A stretch of DNA of 64,000 bases from an uncultured Chloroflexia bacterium (GCA_963759405.1 CAVWZA010000016.1:351850-415849); one strand, 5' to 3'; positions 36,444-46,398 are shown, numbered from the stretch's first letter. Notes: generated by a model not told the origin, from the sequence alone. Made by a program: numbers and translations.

Positions 36444-37064
36444 CGGCCGGCTCGAGCTCGACCGAGGCCGCGAAGGAGACGAGCCGGCTCGAGACGTTCG
36501 CCGATGGCGTCTTCGCCATCGCCATCACGCTGCTCGTCCTCGAGATCCACGTCCCCGAGGGCGGGGAGGATCTCGGCGCCGCGATCCTGGCCCAGTGGCC
36601 GTCATTCGCCGCCTACGTCATCAGCTTCCTGACCATCGGCGTGATGTGGGTCAGCCACCACCAGATGTTCACCATCATCCGCCGCACGACGCCGACGTTC
36701 CTGTTCCTGAACGTCCTGTTCCTGCTGCCGGTCGCCTTCGTCCCGTACCCGACCGCCCTGGTCGCCCAGCACATCCTGGATCCCGAGGGACGGACCACGG
36801 CCGTGCTGATCTACGGCACGGTGAGCGTCGTGATCGCGCTGATGTTCAACGTCCTGTGGGCATACGCCTAGCGTCGCGGGCTGGTCGCCGGCAGTCGCCG
36901 GCGAAGGGGGCTTGCGCGTCAGCCTCGGTTTCCTGACCGGCCCGCTGGCGTACCTGGCCGGCACGCTGATCGCGCTCATCAACCCGTTCATCAGCATGGC
37001 GATCTTCTTCGGGCTCGCCATCTACTGGATGCTGCCCGGTCGCATCCCGAGCGGTTCGGGCTAG
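36440..37064 (+). CDS. TMEM175-family (DUF1211) potassium channel-like membrane protein; start codon unclear and one frameshift near 36870
   Basis: ETSRLETFADGVFAIAITLLVLEIHVP ... FLTIGVMWVSHHQMF is in the frame of ORF 36641-36871, with no ATG/GTG upstream of the conserved RLETFADG. The tail GFLTGPLAYLAGTLIALINPFISMAIFFGLAIYWMLP is in another frame, with the stop at 37062-37064. Confidence 0.75.
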
Positions 37065-37462
37065 ACCTGACTCGCGACCAAACGGGGCGGCCAACGCCGC
37101 CTCTGTCCCGAGGGTCTGCGCCGGTCGCCCCTATTCGTCCGCCACCCACTGCGGGCAACGAAACAGCGCCTACGGAGGAACTCCCGCGCCCGTTCCGGTG
37201 AATGGTCCGGTGGAAAGTCCCGCGCTTGGTCCCGCGCCTACCCCCGTGCCTGGGACGTTACCGGCCGCAGGTCGAGTAGTTGGTCGAGTGCCGAGTCGAG
37301 TGCTTTCTCCGGTGTCAATTCCGGTGACGGATCGAGCGGCACCTCCGTTGGCGCCACAACCACTGTAGGGCCCAGTCGGGACGTGGCACCATCCCCTTTG
37401 TCCACCAAATCGGACCTCCGATTGCGAGCGATCCACAGCGCATCCACAGGGAGGCTTGCAGC

Positions 37463-37846
37463 ATGGCGAAGCCACGCTTCACGATGATCGTGCTCTTGAT
37501 CGAGGATCTGCCGCGGTCGCTGGCCTTCTACCGCCGGCTCGGCATGGAGTTTCCGGCCGATGCCGATGCGAAGACCGACATCGGCCTCGACATCGGCGAC
37601 GGGCGCACGATCATCTGGACCACCACGTTCGAGAAGTACGACCGCGAGCGCGAGGCGCCGCGCGGTTCATCGCGGGTCATGCTCGAGTTCTTCGTCGAGG
37701 GCAACCAGGCGGTCGATGCCCTGTTCGCGGAGCTGACGAGGGTCGGTCACCACGGGCGCCGCGCTCCGTTCCTGACCGACTTCGACGCGTACATGTGCAT
37801 GGTCGACGATCCGGATGGCAACACGGTCCTGATCACGGCCGGGTGA
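37463..37846 (+). CDS. VOC-family (glyoxalase/bleomycin-resistance fold) protein
   Basis: This is an intact 127-aa ORF. GGGAGG lies upstream of the ATG. The sequence includes FTMIVLLIEDLPRSLAFYRRLGMEF ... YMCMVDDPDGNTVLI. Confidence 0.8.
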   Translation: MAKPRFTMIVLLIEDLPRSLAFYRRLGMEFPADADAKTDIGLDIGDGRTIIWTTTFEKYDREREAPRGSSRVMLEFFVEGNQAVDALFAELTRVGHHGRRAPFLTDFDAYMCMVDDPDGNTVLITAG

Positions 37847-38577
37847 TGCCAGATCCGACGTTCGCTGACCTGGCACGCCTGCACACCATGGAGGGTCTGG
37901 AGGTCCCGAACATCGCGCGTTCCCTCGCCGATGGCGGCGAGCCCGAGCTCGTCTGGCGGAACGAGTTGGACGGTCTCACCTTCCGCATCGGCGACCGGTA
38001 TCTGAAGTGGAATCCGCGGTCGACCGGCATCGACCTCGAGCGCGAGCGCGTGCGCCTTGAGTGGATTTCCGCAAGGCACCCCGCCCCTCGCGTCGTCGAC
38101 TACGGCACGGACGGCGACGCGCAGTGGTTGCTCACTGAGGGTGTGCCGGGCGGCCCGGCGGTGGGCGACGAGTGGCGCGCCCGCCGAAGCGAGGCGATCC
38201 GGGCGATCGCGGCCGGGCTGCGAGCAATCCACGCCATTCCAATCGACGACTTTCCGGCCGAATGGACCGGGCAGGTTTGGGTTGGGCGGCAGCCGCCCTC
38301 GCTTGGGACGCGACCGCCCATCGACGGGCCAGTCGTCGTCCACGGCGACGCGTGCGCCCCGAACACGCAGATCTCGAAGGACGGCGTGTGGACGGGGAAC
38401 GTCGACTTCGGTGACCTTGCCATCGGTGACCGATGGGCCGATCTGGCCGTTGCGTCGATGAGCCTCGACTGGAACTTCGGAGAAGGGCACCAGCCGGAGT
38501 TCTTCGACGCCTACGGGATCGCGCCGGACGAGGCTCGCATCGGCTACTACCGGTCCCTATGGCATCTGGAGTCATAG
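37846..38577 (+). CDS. Aminoglycoside 3'-phosphotransferase-family kinase
   Basis: The ATG overlaps the VOC stop (TGATG). Motifs present are YLKWNP, VVHGDACAPN (HGDxxxxN) and NVDFGDLAIGDRWADLAVA. Confidence 0.85.
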   Translation: MPDPTFADLARLHTMEGLEVPNIARSLADGGEPELVWRNELDGLTFRIGDRYLKWNPRSTGIDLERERVRLEWISARHPAPRVVDYGTDGDAQWLLTEGVPGGPAVGDEWRARRSEAIRAIAAGLRAIHAIPIDDFPAEWTGQVWVGRQPPSLGTRPPIDGPVVVHGDACAPNTQISKDGVWTGNVDFGDLAIGDRWADLAVASMSLDWNFGEGHQPEFFDAYGIAPDEARIGYYRSLWHLES

Positions 38578-39126
38578 AGCGCCGATGCTCGGCCGACGCC
38601 CTCGACATACACGGGCGCCAGCTGAGGTCGCAACGCGTCGCGACGGTGACGCCGTGCGGCGGGCGTGCCCCTGCGGTAAGCTAGAGCTACCTGCGCTTCC
38701 ATCATGCGCCGCAGGCCATCGACGTCCTGCTGCATCGCTCGTTTGAACATCAGGTCGAGGAGCGGAGCGATGGGGCGAAGCAGACCCTTCGGCACCCAGG
38801 TCCAGACTGAGTCGACTCGGGTGGCGCCGTCGATCGACGTGAAGTCGACCGTCACCTCAAACGGCACGGGCGCTGACGTGCTGCGCCACGCGATGCGGCG
38901 GTTCAGCTCGAATGCCGTGCAAACGGCGTGGTTCTCAGCCGTGCCTTTTCCGAGCGTCCTGACCACCGCGCGCCTCGTCGAGCCGACCTGCACCGGTCGC
39001 GGCGAAGTGAGCTCCTCCTCCATCGCATTGGGCGACCACTTGCGGCGCGTTCTCCGGATCGCTCAGCACCGCGAACACGTCCTCCACCGGGCGCCTGATG
39101 GTTCCACCGACTCGGATGGTTCGCAT
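38547..39126 (-). CDS. SRPBCC-superfamily (polyketide cyclase/dehydrase-like) protein; one apparent frameshift
   Basis: The N-terminus MRTIRVGGTIRRPVEDVFAVLSDPENAPQ starts at the ATG 39126 (tail of ORF 38935-39648). The remainder, AFELNRRIAWRSTSAPVPFEVTVDFTSIDGATRVDSVWTW, is in ORF 38547-39023. Confidence 0.65.
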
Positions 39127-39134
39127 CGCAGGAC

Positions 39135-40112
39135 CTAGAGGCGAACCTTCGGCGGGTTGCCCGGGTCCCACATGTGGACGGTGTCGATGAAGCGGACCAG
39201 CCCGCCGGCGTAGCTCATCATCAGCGAGTGGGTGCGCGCGCCGCCGCCGAAGAAGCGGACGCCGCGCAGCAGCTCGCCATCGGTCACGCCGGTGGCGGTG
39301 AAGACGACGTTGTTGCCCGATGCCAGGTCGTTGGTGGAGTAGACCCGCTCCGTGTCGTCGACGTCCACGCCCATCGTTCGCGCGCGCTCCCGCTCCTCGT
39401 CGCTGCGCCAGCGGAACTTGGCCTGGATCTCGCCGCCCAGGCACTTGAGGGCGGCGGCCGAGAGCACGCCCTCCGGCGCGCCGCCGGTCCCCATCACCGC
39501 GTGCACGCCGGTGCCGGAGACGGCGACGCTGATCGCGGCCGTCAGGTCTCCGTCGCTGATGAGCTTGATCCGCGCGCCGGCCGCGCGAACGTCCGCGATC
39601 AGCTTCTCGTGCCGCGGACGATCCAGGATCACGATCGTCAGGTCCCACACGTTGCGGCTCAGGCGCTCGGCGATGGTCCCCAGCGTCTGCGACACCGGGT
39701 CGTTGATGTTCACGTGGCCGGCGACCATCGGCCCGACGATCAGCTTCTCGAGATACGTGTCCGGCGCGTGCATGAGGCCGCCCGGCTCCGCGGCGGCCAG
39801 CACGGCCGTCGCGTTGGCGGACCCGGTGGCCACCAGGTTCGTGCCCTCCAGCGGGTCGACCGCGATGTCGATGAGCGTGGCGGCATCCGGGTTGCCGACC
39901 TGCTCGCCGATGTAGAGCATCGGCGCCTCGTCGCGCTCTCCCTCGCCGATGACGATCGTGCCGCTGATGTCGGAGTCGTCCATCGCCTTGCGCATGGCGG
40001 TGACGGCCGCCTGGTCCGCCCCGTCCCGGTCGCCGCGGCCCATGAGCCGCGCGGCGGCGATGGCGCCCGCCTCGGTGGCGCGGATGGCATCGGCGATGAC
40101 GATCTTGTCCAT
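39135..40112 (-). CDS. glpX: Class II fructose-1,6-bisphosphatase
   Basis: This is an intact 325-aa ORF. Motifs present are [41 protein letters not shown] and [10 protein letters not shown]. Confidence 0.93.
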   Translation of the reverse strand: MDKIVIADAIRATEAGAIAAARLMGRGDRDGADQAAVTAMRKAMDDSDISGTIVIGEGERDEAPMLYIGEQVGNPDAATLIDIAVDPLEGTNLVATGSANATAVLAAAEPGGLMHAPDTYLEKLIVGPMVAGHVNINDPVSQTLGTIAERLSRNVWDLTIVILDRPRHEKLIADVRAAGARIKLISDGDLTAAISVAVSGTGVHAVMGTGGAPEGVLSAAALKCLGGEIQAKFRWRSDEERERARTMGVDVDDTERVYSTNDLASGNNVVFTATGVTDGELLRGVRFFGGGARTHSLMMSYAGGLVRFIDTVHMWDPGNPPKVRL

Positions 40113-40119
40113 CGGCGCC

Positions 40120-41667
40120 TCAGTGCTTGAAGTGGCGGCGGCCGGTGAAGACCATGGCCATGTGGTGGCGATCGGCGACCTCGATGGCCATCTCGTCGCG
40201 GATGCTGCCGCCGGGCTGGATGATGGCCGTCACCCCCGCCTGGGCCGCGATCTGGATCCCGTCGGGGAAGGGGAAGTAGGCGTCGCTGGCCATGACGGAG
40301 AGCGGCGCCCGCTCGCCGGCCTTGCGCAGCGCGACCTCGACGCTGACCACGCGCGACGGCTGCCCGGCGCCCATCCCGACCATGGCGTGCTTCTTGGCAA
40401 GCACCACCGCGTTCGACTTCACGTGCCGCACGGCGCGCCACGCGAAGAGCAGGTCGGTCAGCTCGTCCAGGGTTGGGCGCCGCTGGGTGACCGGCTGGAG
40501 CTTGTCGCGGTCCTCCTCCAGGTTGTCGAAGGTCTGGACCAGGACGCCGCCGCCGATGCGCTTGAAGTCGAACTTGCCGATCCCCAGCTCGTCGGCCTCG
40601 GTCTCCGCCGGCGGGATCTCGACGATCTCGAAGCCGCGCTTCGTGCGCAGGATCTCGAGCGCCTCCGGCGTGTAGCCCGGCGCCACGATCGCCTCGAAGA
40701 AGCCCGGGCGGATGGCGCGCGCCGCCGCCTCGTCGATCGCCCGGTTGGCGCCGATCACCCCGCCGTAGGCGCTGACGCTGTCGCCCTCGAGGGCCAGCCG
40801 GAACGCCTCCGCAAGGTCGACCACGCTGGCCAGCCCGCACGGGTTGCCGTGCTTGACGATCGTCACCGCCGGCGTCTTGAAGTCCGATGCGATGGCCCAC
40901 GCGGCATCCAGGTCGAGCAGGTTGTTGAAGGAGAGGTCCTTGCCGGCGATCTGGTGCGCGCTGCTGATGCTGCCGCCGGCGTGGGCCGAATCGGTGTAGA
41001 AGGCGCCGAGCTGATGCGGGTTCTCGCCGTAGCGCAGGTCGGCCTTCTTCTCGACGACCATGGTCAGCCGGCTCGGGAAGACGGTGCCGGTGGACACGTT
41101 CAGGTAGCTCGCGATCTGCGCGTCGTAGGCGGCGGTGGTGGCGAACGCCTCGCCGGCCAGCTTCTGGCGGGTCTCGGCGCTGACGCTGCCGAGCGTCTTC
41201 ACGTCGCGCAGGACCGATGCGTACTGCGTCGGCGAGCTGACCGTCGCGACGCCCGGGAAGTTCTTGGCCGCGGCACGCAGGAGCGCCACGCCGCCGATGT
41301 CGATCTGCTCGAGCGCCTGGTCCAGGGTCGTGTTCGGCTGCCGCACCGTCTGCGCGAAGGGATAGAGGTTGACGACGACGATGTCGATCAGCTCGATGCC
41401 CTGCTCGGCCAGCTGGGCGAGGTGATCGGGCTGGTCGCGCCGCGCCAGGAGGGCGGCGAAGATCTTGGGATGGAGCGTCTTGACGCGGCCGCCCAGGATC
41501 TCGTTCGTCTCGGTCAGCTCGGAGACGGGCCGAATGCCCTCGATGCCGGCTTCGGTGAGGTGGGTGCGGGTGCCATCGGTGGCAAAGAGCTCGGCGCCGG
41601 CATCGGTCAGGCCTTTGGCGAGCTCGACGATGCCTTCACGATCGCTGACGGAGAGCAGGGCGCGCAA
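40120..41667 (-). CDS. purH: Bifunctional AICAR formyltransferase / IMP cyclohydrolase
   Basis: This is an intact 515-aa ORF with a TTG start. Motifs present are [46 protein letters not shown] and [10 protein letters not shown]. Confidence 0.95.
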   Translation of the reverse strand: MRALLSVSDREGIVELAKGLTDAGAELFATDGTRTHLTEAGIEGIRPVSELTETNEILGGRVKTLHPKIFAALLARRDQPDHLAQLAEQGIELIDIVVVNLYPFAQTVRQPNTTLDQALEQIDIGGVALLRAAAKNFPGVATVSSPTQYASVLRDVKTLGSVSAETRQKLAGEAFATTAAYDAQIASYLNVSTGTVFPSRLTMVVEKKADLRYGENPHQLGAFYTDSAHAGGSISSAHQIAGKDLSFNNLLDLDAAWAIASDFKTPAVTIVKHGNPCGLASVVDLAEAFRLALEGDSVSAYGGVIGANRAIDEAAARAIRPGFFEAIVAPGYTPEALEILRTKRGFEIVEIPPAETEADELGIGKFDFKRIGGGVLVQTFDNLEEDRDKLQPVTQRRPTLDELTDLLFAWRAVRHVKSNAVVLAKKHAMVGMGAGQPSRVVSVEVALRKAGERAPLSVMASDAYFPFPDGIQIAAQAGVTAIIQPGGSIRDEMAIEVADRHHMAMVFTGRRHFKH

Positions 41668-41709
41668 TCGACGTCCTCGTGGTGTGGGCGGAGTGCTTCG
41701 GGGATGCCG

Positions 41710-41738
41710 ATTATAGGGCGTGATAGACTCCGCGGCCG
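41710..41738. promoter_or_regulatory. Back-to-back promoters: TATAAT (minus strand, purH) and TAGACT (plus strand, 9 nt before the ATG at 41739)
   Basis: The plus strand reads gATTATAGggcgtgaTAGACTccgcggccgATG. The reverse complement of 41710-41716 contains TATAAT, about 45 nt upstream of the purH TTG, with ACGAGGAC as a Shine-Dalgarno sequence. Confidence 0.45.
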
Positions 41739-42155
41739 ATGAACCTGTTGACCGATCCCTTCACGCCGGCGAACTTCCCCGACCTCTTCACCCTGATGTG
41801 GGTTGCCGGCATCGTGATCGCCCTCGGCGCGATCATGGTCTACAACCTGGCGCAGCGCCGCTACCGGCGCTATCCGGAGCTGCTGGCCCTGCACGAGTGG
41901 ATCTTCTGGCCGATCATCGTGACCTGGGGAGTCATCCCGCTGCTGGTCGTCATCGGCGTGCCGCTCGTCCTGCAGCTGGTCATCGTGCTTGTCGGGATGG
42001 GGCTCGCGGCGCACGCGGTCTTCATCCGCTTCCCGCCGCGGATCGCGGCCGCCAACGACGAGATCCGACGCCGCCGATACGTCCCGCCGCCGCGCCGCAC
42101 CGAGCGTGAGCGTTCCAAGCCGACGCCGGCAGGACGCCGCCGAAAGCACCGCTAG
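41739..42155 (+). CDS. Membrane protein of unknown function (3 TM) with an Arg-rich tail
   Basis: This is an intact 138-aa ORF with hydrophobic helices and a basic C-terminus. It has a leaderless-type promoter directly upstream. Confidence 0.5.
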   Translation: MNLLTDPFTPANFPDLFTLMWVAGIVIALGAIMVYNLAQRRYRRYPELLALHEWIFWPIIVTWGVIPLLVVIGVPLVLQLVIVLVGMGLAAHAVFIRFPPRIAAANDEIRRRRYVPPPRRTERERSKPTPAGRRRKHR

Positions 42156-42420
42156 GGCCGGGGCTCGTCTGCCTGATCCTGCGCCGATGAAGCGCCGAGG
42201 TCCGCGGCCTCGTCCCTGGGCATCGCCGCGCATCGGCCTCCGGCGGGCGTCGTGCGAGGCGCTCGCGAACGACGGTCTCATGCCCGGCGCGCTCGGCCGA
42301 ATCCGAGATCCACCGGCGCTGGAGGTATCGCACGTATCGGCGAAGCCTGTTCATCACCGGTCTGTCATCTCAGGCTTGCCGTCCATCGGGCTGCCAACTG
42401 CTCAGCGGTGGGCGCCGAGC

Positions 42421-42912
42421 TCATCTGCGCTTCGTCTTGGGTGCATCGTGCTTGGTGTTCGCAGGGACGTCGAGCAGCTCGGCGATCTCGCGTCGATAGC
42501 GGATGCCGGAGCTGTGCCGGCTCAGCCACCGAAGGTAGTCCGGATCCTCGCGAGCGAGATCGGCGACGCTCCAGCCGACGTAGCGGCCGAAGTCGAGCAC
42601 GCCTTTCTTCCCGCCTTCCCGTCGGGCGCCAGCCGGCTTGTGCTGCGGCTGTGCCCGTTCCTTTTGGGTTGGTGGCGCCGGTGCGTGCAGGCGGTCATAC
42701 ACGGCGCGGCGGTCGGCACTACGGAGCTGGGCATACGCGTCGTTCAGCTCCGCCATGCGCCGATTTGAGCCTGCCGCTCCATCGGAGTCGGGATGGTGCT
42801 GCGCCGCCAGCGCTCGGAACGCGGCTCGGATCACGACCTGGCTGGCGTCGGGTCGGACCTGCAGGACCTCGTAGGCGTCTCGGGATGTTCGGGCGCTCTG
42901 CTGCTGTGCCAT
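42421..42912 (-). CDS. J-domain protein with a DUF3820-like C-terminus
   Basis: The J-domain is DAYEVLQVRPDASQVVIRAAFRALAAQHHPD. The C-terminal FGRYVGWSVADLAREDPDYLRWL is DUF3820-like. GGAGAG lies before the ATG. Confidence 0.8.
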   Translation of the reverse strand: MAQQQSARTSRDAYEVLQVRPDASQVVIRAAFRALAAQHHPDSDGAAGSNRRMAELNDAYAQLRSADRRAVYDRLHAPAPPTQKERAQPQHKPAGARREGGKKGVLDFGRYVGWSVADLAREDPDYLRWLSRHSSGIRYRREIAELLDVPANTKHDAPKTKRR

Positions 42913-43034
42913 GTCTCTCCGGTTCTGGACGAGGCGGGCAGCGTGCCATGACCGTGCAGACAGTATGCCGTCGTGGGTCCGAGCCGTGGGGTCGGGCGAC
43001 CTTCGGCCATCGACGCTTGACTAATCTCGCCGGC

Positions 43035-43697
43035 ATGGATCGCGACCAGCTGCTCAGGCGAGCCATCCTGCTGTCGATTCTGAGCATCGGCCTCAGCGCG
43101 GTGGTGGGAACGGCGGCAGTCGCGGTTGCCATCACGACCGGGAGCCTCTCGCTCCTCGGCTTCGGGGCCGATGCGGTGATCGACTCTGTCGCGTCCGTGG
43201 TGCTCGTCTGGCGCTTTCGAACGGAGGTGCGGGAGCCGCATCGTGCGGATCGGATCGAGCAGATCGCGGAGACCATCATCGGAGGAGTCCTGCTCCTGCT
43301 CGCCGCGTACCTCGCGATCAGCGCGGTGGGTGCGCTCATGACCGGCTCCTATCCGTCGGCGAGCCTGGCGCGAACGATTCTGCTTGGCGTTGGCCTCGTC
43401 ACTCTGCCGCCGCTCGCCATTGCCAAGTACCGCGTGGCGCAGGCGCTCGGGAGCCGCGCACTGCGTGCCGATAGCATCCTGACGGCCGTCGCGGCGGTGC
43501 TCGCGGCCATCGGCATGGCGGCGCTCGCGCTCAGCGCTCTCCTCGATGTCCATTGGGGCGATGCCGTCGGCGCGCTCGTCGTCGCGGCATCGTTGCCCGC
43601 GATGAGGCGTCATCGCCCGGCCGTGCAGCCGTGTGACCCTCGCCCGGATTGCCATACTGCCACCGACGTACCTGGGCGAGCAACTAACGGCCACTGA
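43035..43697 (+). CDS. Cation-efflux (CDF-like) membrane protein, TM domain only; 3' end uncertain
   Basis: From the ATG at 43035 the sequence is LSILSIGLSAVVGTAAVAVAITTGSLSLLGFGADAVIDSVASVVLVWRF ... SRALRADSILTAVAAVLA ... WGDAVGALVVA. The listed frame stops at a TGA inside repeat copy 2. An alternative frame stops near 43640. Confidence 0.7.
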   Translation: MDRDQLLRRAILLSILSIGLSAVVGTAAVAVAITTGSLSLLGFGADAVIDSVASVVLVWRFRTEVREPHRADRIEQIAETIIGGVLLLLAAYLAISAVGALMTGSYPSASLARTILLGVGLVTLPPLAIAKYRVAQALGSRALRADSILTAVAAVLAAIGMAALALSALLDVHWGDAVGALVVAASLPAMRRHRPAVQPCDPRPDCHTATDVPGRATNGH

Positions 43698-43821
43698 TTG
43701 GCCGATACGTACCCCGGCTAGCAACAAACAGCCAACGAGCCGCGCCCTGCCTGGCTGACGCGTGCACCAGCGAGCAAATTCAGCCACTGATTGGCCGATA
43801 CGTACCCGAGCGAGCAAACCA
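43661..43821 (+). repeat. 161-nt conserved non-coding module, copy 2
   Basis: It contains two identical 24-mers GCCACTGATTGGCCGATACGTACC (43690-43713 and 43784-43807) and three CGAGCAA motifs. It is the reverse complement of 27848-28008. Confidence 0.85.
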
Positions 43822-43860
43822 CGGAGACGCCGGGCCGGCAAGCCGGTAGACATTCTCGTG

Positions 43861-43900
43861 TTGACGCGAACGACCGATCGGCGCGTAGAGTCCGACACCG
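43861..43900 (+). promoter_or_regulatory. Candidate promoter TTGACG-19 nt-TAGAGT, with the -10 box 9 nt before the ATG at 43901
   Basis: TTGACG is at 43861-43866 and TAGAGT at 43886-43891. The spacer is 2 nt longer than optimal. Confidence 0.4.
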
Positions 43901-43944
43901 ATGGCGCGCATGAGCGCGCCGACCGCAGCCACCAGGAGGACGAG

Positions 43945-44007
43945 ATGTCAGAGACCGCAGGGACGGTTCTTCGCGCGTCGCGTCTCCGGATGGAGCTCGT
44001 CGGCTAG
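43945..44007 (+). CDS. Candidate 20-codon upstream ORF (MSETAGTVLRASRLRMELVG)
   Basis: AGGAGG at 43934-43939 lies 5 nt before the ATG at 43945. An 8-bp GC hairpin (44042-44061) follows. No homology evidence is available. Confidence 0.25.
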   Translation: MSETAGTVLRASRLRMELVG

Positions 44008-44098
44008 CAGCAGCTGGTTTTCAACCGCCGCTCGCCAGATGGGCCGCCCGCCGGGGCGGCCTTCGTCACACCTGAGGCCGAACGCGACGCGCACACCG

Positions 44099-44527
44099 AT
44101 GCGTCCCTCTCAACCGTTCGACCCAGGAGATCCACCCTTGCGCCAGCACCGTGATCCACGCCGCGTGCGGCATCGGCCGCGCGCAGAACCGAGCTCCTTC
44201 CGTTGCGTCAACTGCCGGCTCGACGTGCTGTCCGACGCCCCGGGCACACAGCACCGCAACCACTGCCCGAGCTGCCTCTGGTCGCGTCACGTCGACGACC
44301 GGCCGGGTGACCGCGCCATGCTCGACGAATGCGGCTCAGGCATGGAACCGATCGCCATCACCGTCCGCGGCAAGGGCGAGTGGGTGCTCATCCACCGCTG
44401 CACCGGCTGCGGCGTGCTCCACGCCAACCGATCGGCGGCCGATGACTCGCCGCTGCTCCTCGTCCGGCTGGCGGTGAAGCCGCTGGCGATGCCGCCCTTC
44501 CCGCTCGACCGGCTCGCACTGGTCTAG
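44099..44527 (+). CDS. RNHCP domain-containing zinc-ribbon protein (the ORF is open from 43901)
   Basis: FRCVNCRLDVLSDAPGTQHRNHCPSCLWSRHVDD ... HRCTGCGVLHANR contains the RNHCP motif and the Cys pairs. The first 66 codons of the long ORF are Arg/Ser/Pro-rich and look non-coding, so the internal ATG at 44099 is preferred. Confidence 0.7.
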   Translation: MRPSQPFDPGDPPLRQHRDPRRVRHRPRAEPSSFRCVNCRLDVLSDAPGTQHRNHCPSCLWSRHVDDRPGDRAMLDECGSGMEPIAITVRGKGEWVLIHRCTGCGVLHANRSAADDSPLLLVRLAVKPLAMPPFPLDRLALV

Positions 44528-44540
44528 TCGCCGCGTGAAA

Positions 44541-44566
44541 GAGGCCGGCCCTTGCGGGCCGGCCTC
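44541..44566. terminator. Bidirectional intrinsic-terminator-like hairpin between convergent genes
   Basis: GAGGCCGGCCC ttgc GGGCCGGCCTC forms a perfect 11-bp stem and is flanked by aaa / tc. Confidence 0.6.
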
Positions 44567-44590
44567 TCGGGACGCTGACGAGGGTGCCCG

Positions 44591-46398
44591 TTAGGGCGCC
44601 GCCGCGCGCGTGATCTGGAAGTCGACCGACAGGTCGACCGGCGTGTACGGGTTGTGGTCGGCGAGGTAGGCCTCGAGGGCGACGAGATCGTCGTCCCCGG
44701 TCACCCGCTCCGTGCCCGAGTTGAGGATCGGGAAGTCGTCCCCGCCGGTGGCGAGGAAGTTGTTCACGACGACCCGGTACGTTCCGGCGGGATCGATGGG
44801 CTCGTCGTTGAGCATCATCGTGTCCGGATCGACGCGATCACCGGCCGGGCCGGCCGGGTCCCACGTGTACGTGAAACCGGTCGACGGCAGCAGGATCGTC
44901 GTTCTGCGGCGCGCAGGTTGCCGGCCTGCGAGCCCGTGTTGATCGTGAACTGCTGCTCGAGCATCGTCTCGATCTGCGCTCCGGTCAGCGTCATCGTCGT
45001 GACGATGTTGCTGAACGGCTGCACGCCGAACGCCTCGCCGTGGGTGACGTCGCCAGCGTCCAGGTTCCCCCGGATGCCACCGGGGTTCATGAAGGCCACG
45101 ACGCCTTCGTCGCCTGCCGCTTGCGACGAGGCGAGCTGAGCGTCGGCGATGAGCCGGCCCAGCGTCGATTCACCGCCCGGCGTTACCTCGGCCCTGTCCA
45201 TCGCAGCCGTGACGTTGCCCACGATGACCGCGGCGATCGGCCCGGCGAAGACGTTGTACTTCGCGATGAGCCGCGTGATGTCCTTCGCCTTCGGGACGTC
45301 CTGCGTGACGATCTCGTTGTTCGCCACGATGGAGCCCGGCACGAAGTCGCCGGTCGTGCGGTCGATCTGGGCGTCGATGTCGGTGACGAGGCGGCCCTGC
45401 GCGGCGGCGCCGGTCACGACCTTGCCGTCGATGAGGCAGTTGACCGCCCAGTTCGTGTGACCGGTGATGACGATGTCGATCTCGTCATCGAAGTTCGGGA
45501 CCATGTCGACGATCGGGCCGGTCGCATCGACGCAGCTGTTGATCGCGCCGACGTTGCCCGCGCCGTTGCCGGACGCCGGGACGCTGCCGCCCTCGTGGAG
45601 CAGGACGACGATTGCCTCGATGCCCTGGTCCTTCAGCTCGTCGACGAGCGCGTTGACCGTCTCCGTCTCGTCGAGGAAGTCGACGGTCTGGATGCCGTCT
45701 GGCGAGACGATGAGTGGCGTGCCCTCGAGGGTCATGCCGATGAACGCGACCTCAGCGCCGCCCGCGAACTTCTTGATCGCGTACGGCGGGAAGATCGGCT
45801 CGCCGGCATTCGGCTGGCCCGCTTTGTACGTCACGTTCGCGGCGAGGTACTGGAAGTCGGCGCCCTTGAAGCCGTCACCGTCGCCGCAGCCGTCGACAGG
45901 ATGGCAACCGCCGTTCTGCATGCGCAGAAGCTCGTCGATGCCCTCGTCGAACTCGTGGTTGCCGACGCTCGCGAAGTCGAGCCCCATCAGGTCGAGCGCC
46001 TCGATGGTCGGCTCGTCATGGAAGAGGGCCGACAGGAGCGGCGTCGCGCCGATGTTGTCGCCGGCCGTCACGAAGACGGTCCCCGACGGGTTCTCCGCGC
46101 GCAGGTCGCGCACGTGCGTCGCCAGGTATTCGCCGCCGCCGGCGGGGATGCAGTTCGGCGTCCCGCCCGGGATGCAGGTCTGATTCGGCCGGGATCCCTG
46201 CAGGGATCCGATGCGGCCCGCCGAGCTCACGACCGGGTCGACGACCTCGAGCTGGCCGTGGAAGTCATTGAGCGCGAGGATCTGGATATCGGTGGTCTTC
46301 GGGTCCTTCGCGATCGCGGCAGGCGCGACGACGGCGATGAGCAGGAGGACCGAGGCCACGGCGGCAAGCGGCCGCCGATGGCGGATGGTGGGAATCAC
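44591..46398 (-). CDS. Secreted bifunctional metallophosphatase / 5'-nucleotidase (UshA-like); apparent frameshift(s) near 44820-44930
   Basis: The GTG at 46398 is preceded by GGAGAAGGAGAG, and the signal peptide is RRPLAAVASVLLLIAVVAPAAIA. Motifs present are ILALNDFHG, TAGDNIGATP, GNHEFDEG and VVLLHEGG. The C-terminal 5'-NT domain continues in ORF 44591-44818 (VVNNFLATGGDDFPIL). Confidence 0.85.

Noticed and set aside
37170-37475. Overlapping minus-strand ORFs of 101 aa and 69 aa in the 400-bp gap between the TMEM175 and VOC genes
   Set aside because: There is no ribosome-binding site, the sequences are low-complexity Gly/Pro/Thr-rich or featureless, and they overlap the VOC start region. 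I also looked for a riboswitch (cobalamin, guanidine and fluoride consensus elements) and recognised none. The gap stays unexplained.
39174-41742. ORFs 39174-40130 (+), 39949-41742 (+, 597 aa) and 39740-40900 (-)
   Set aside because: They are antisense or out of frame to the intact glpX and purH genes. Their composition (runs of R, G, D, A, V) is that of non-coding frames in GC-rich DNA.
27848-43821. Inverted 161-nt repeats as the ends of a composite transposon or genomic island
   Set aside because: No transposase, integrase or target-site duplication was seen. The enclosed segment carries core metabolism genes (purH, glpX, folK). The repeats are only about 85% identical.
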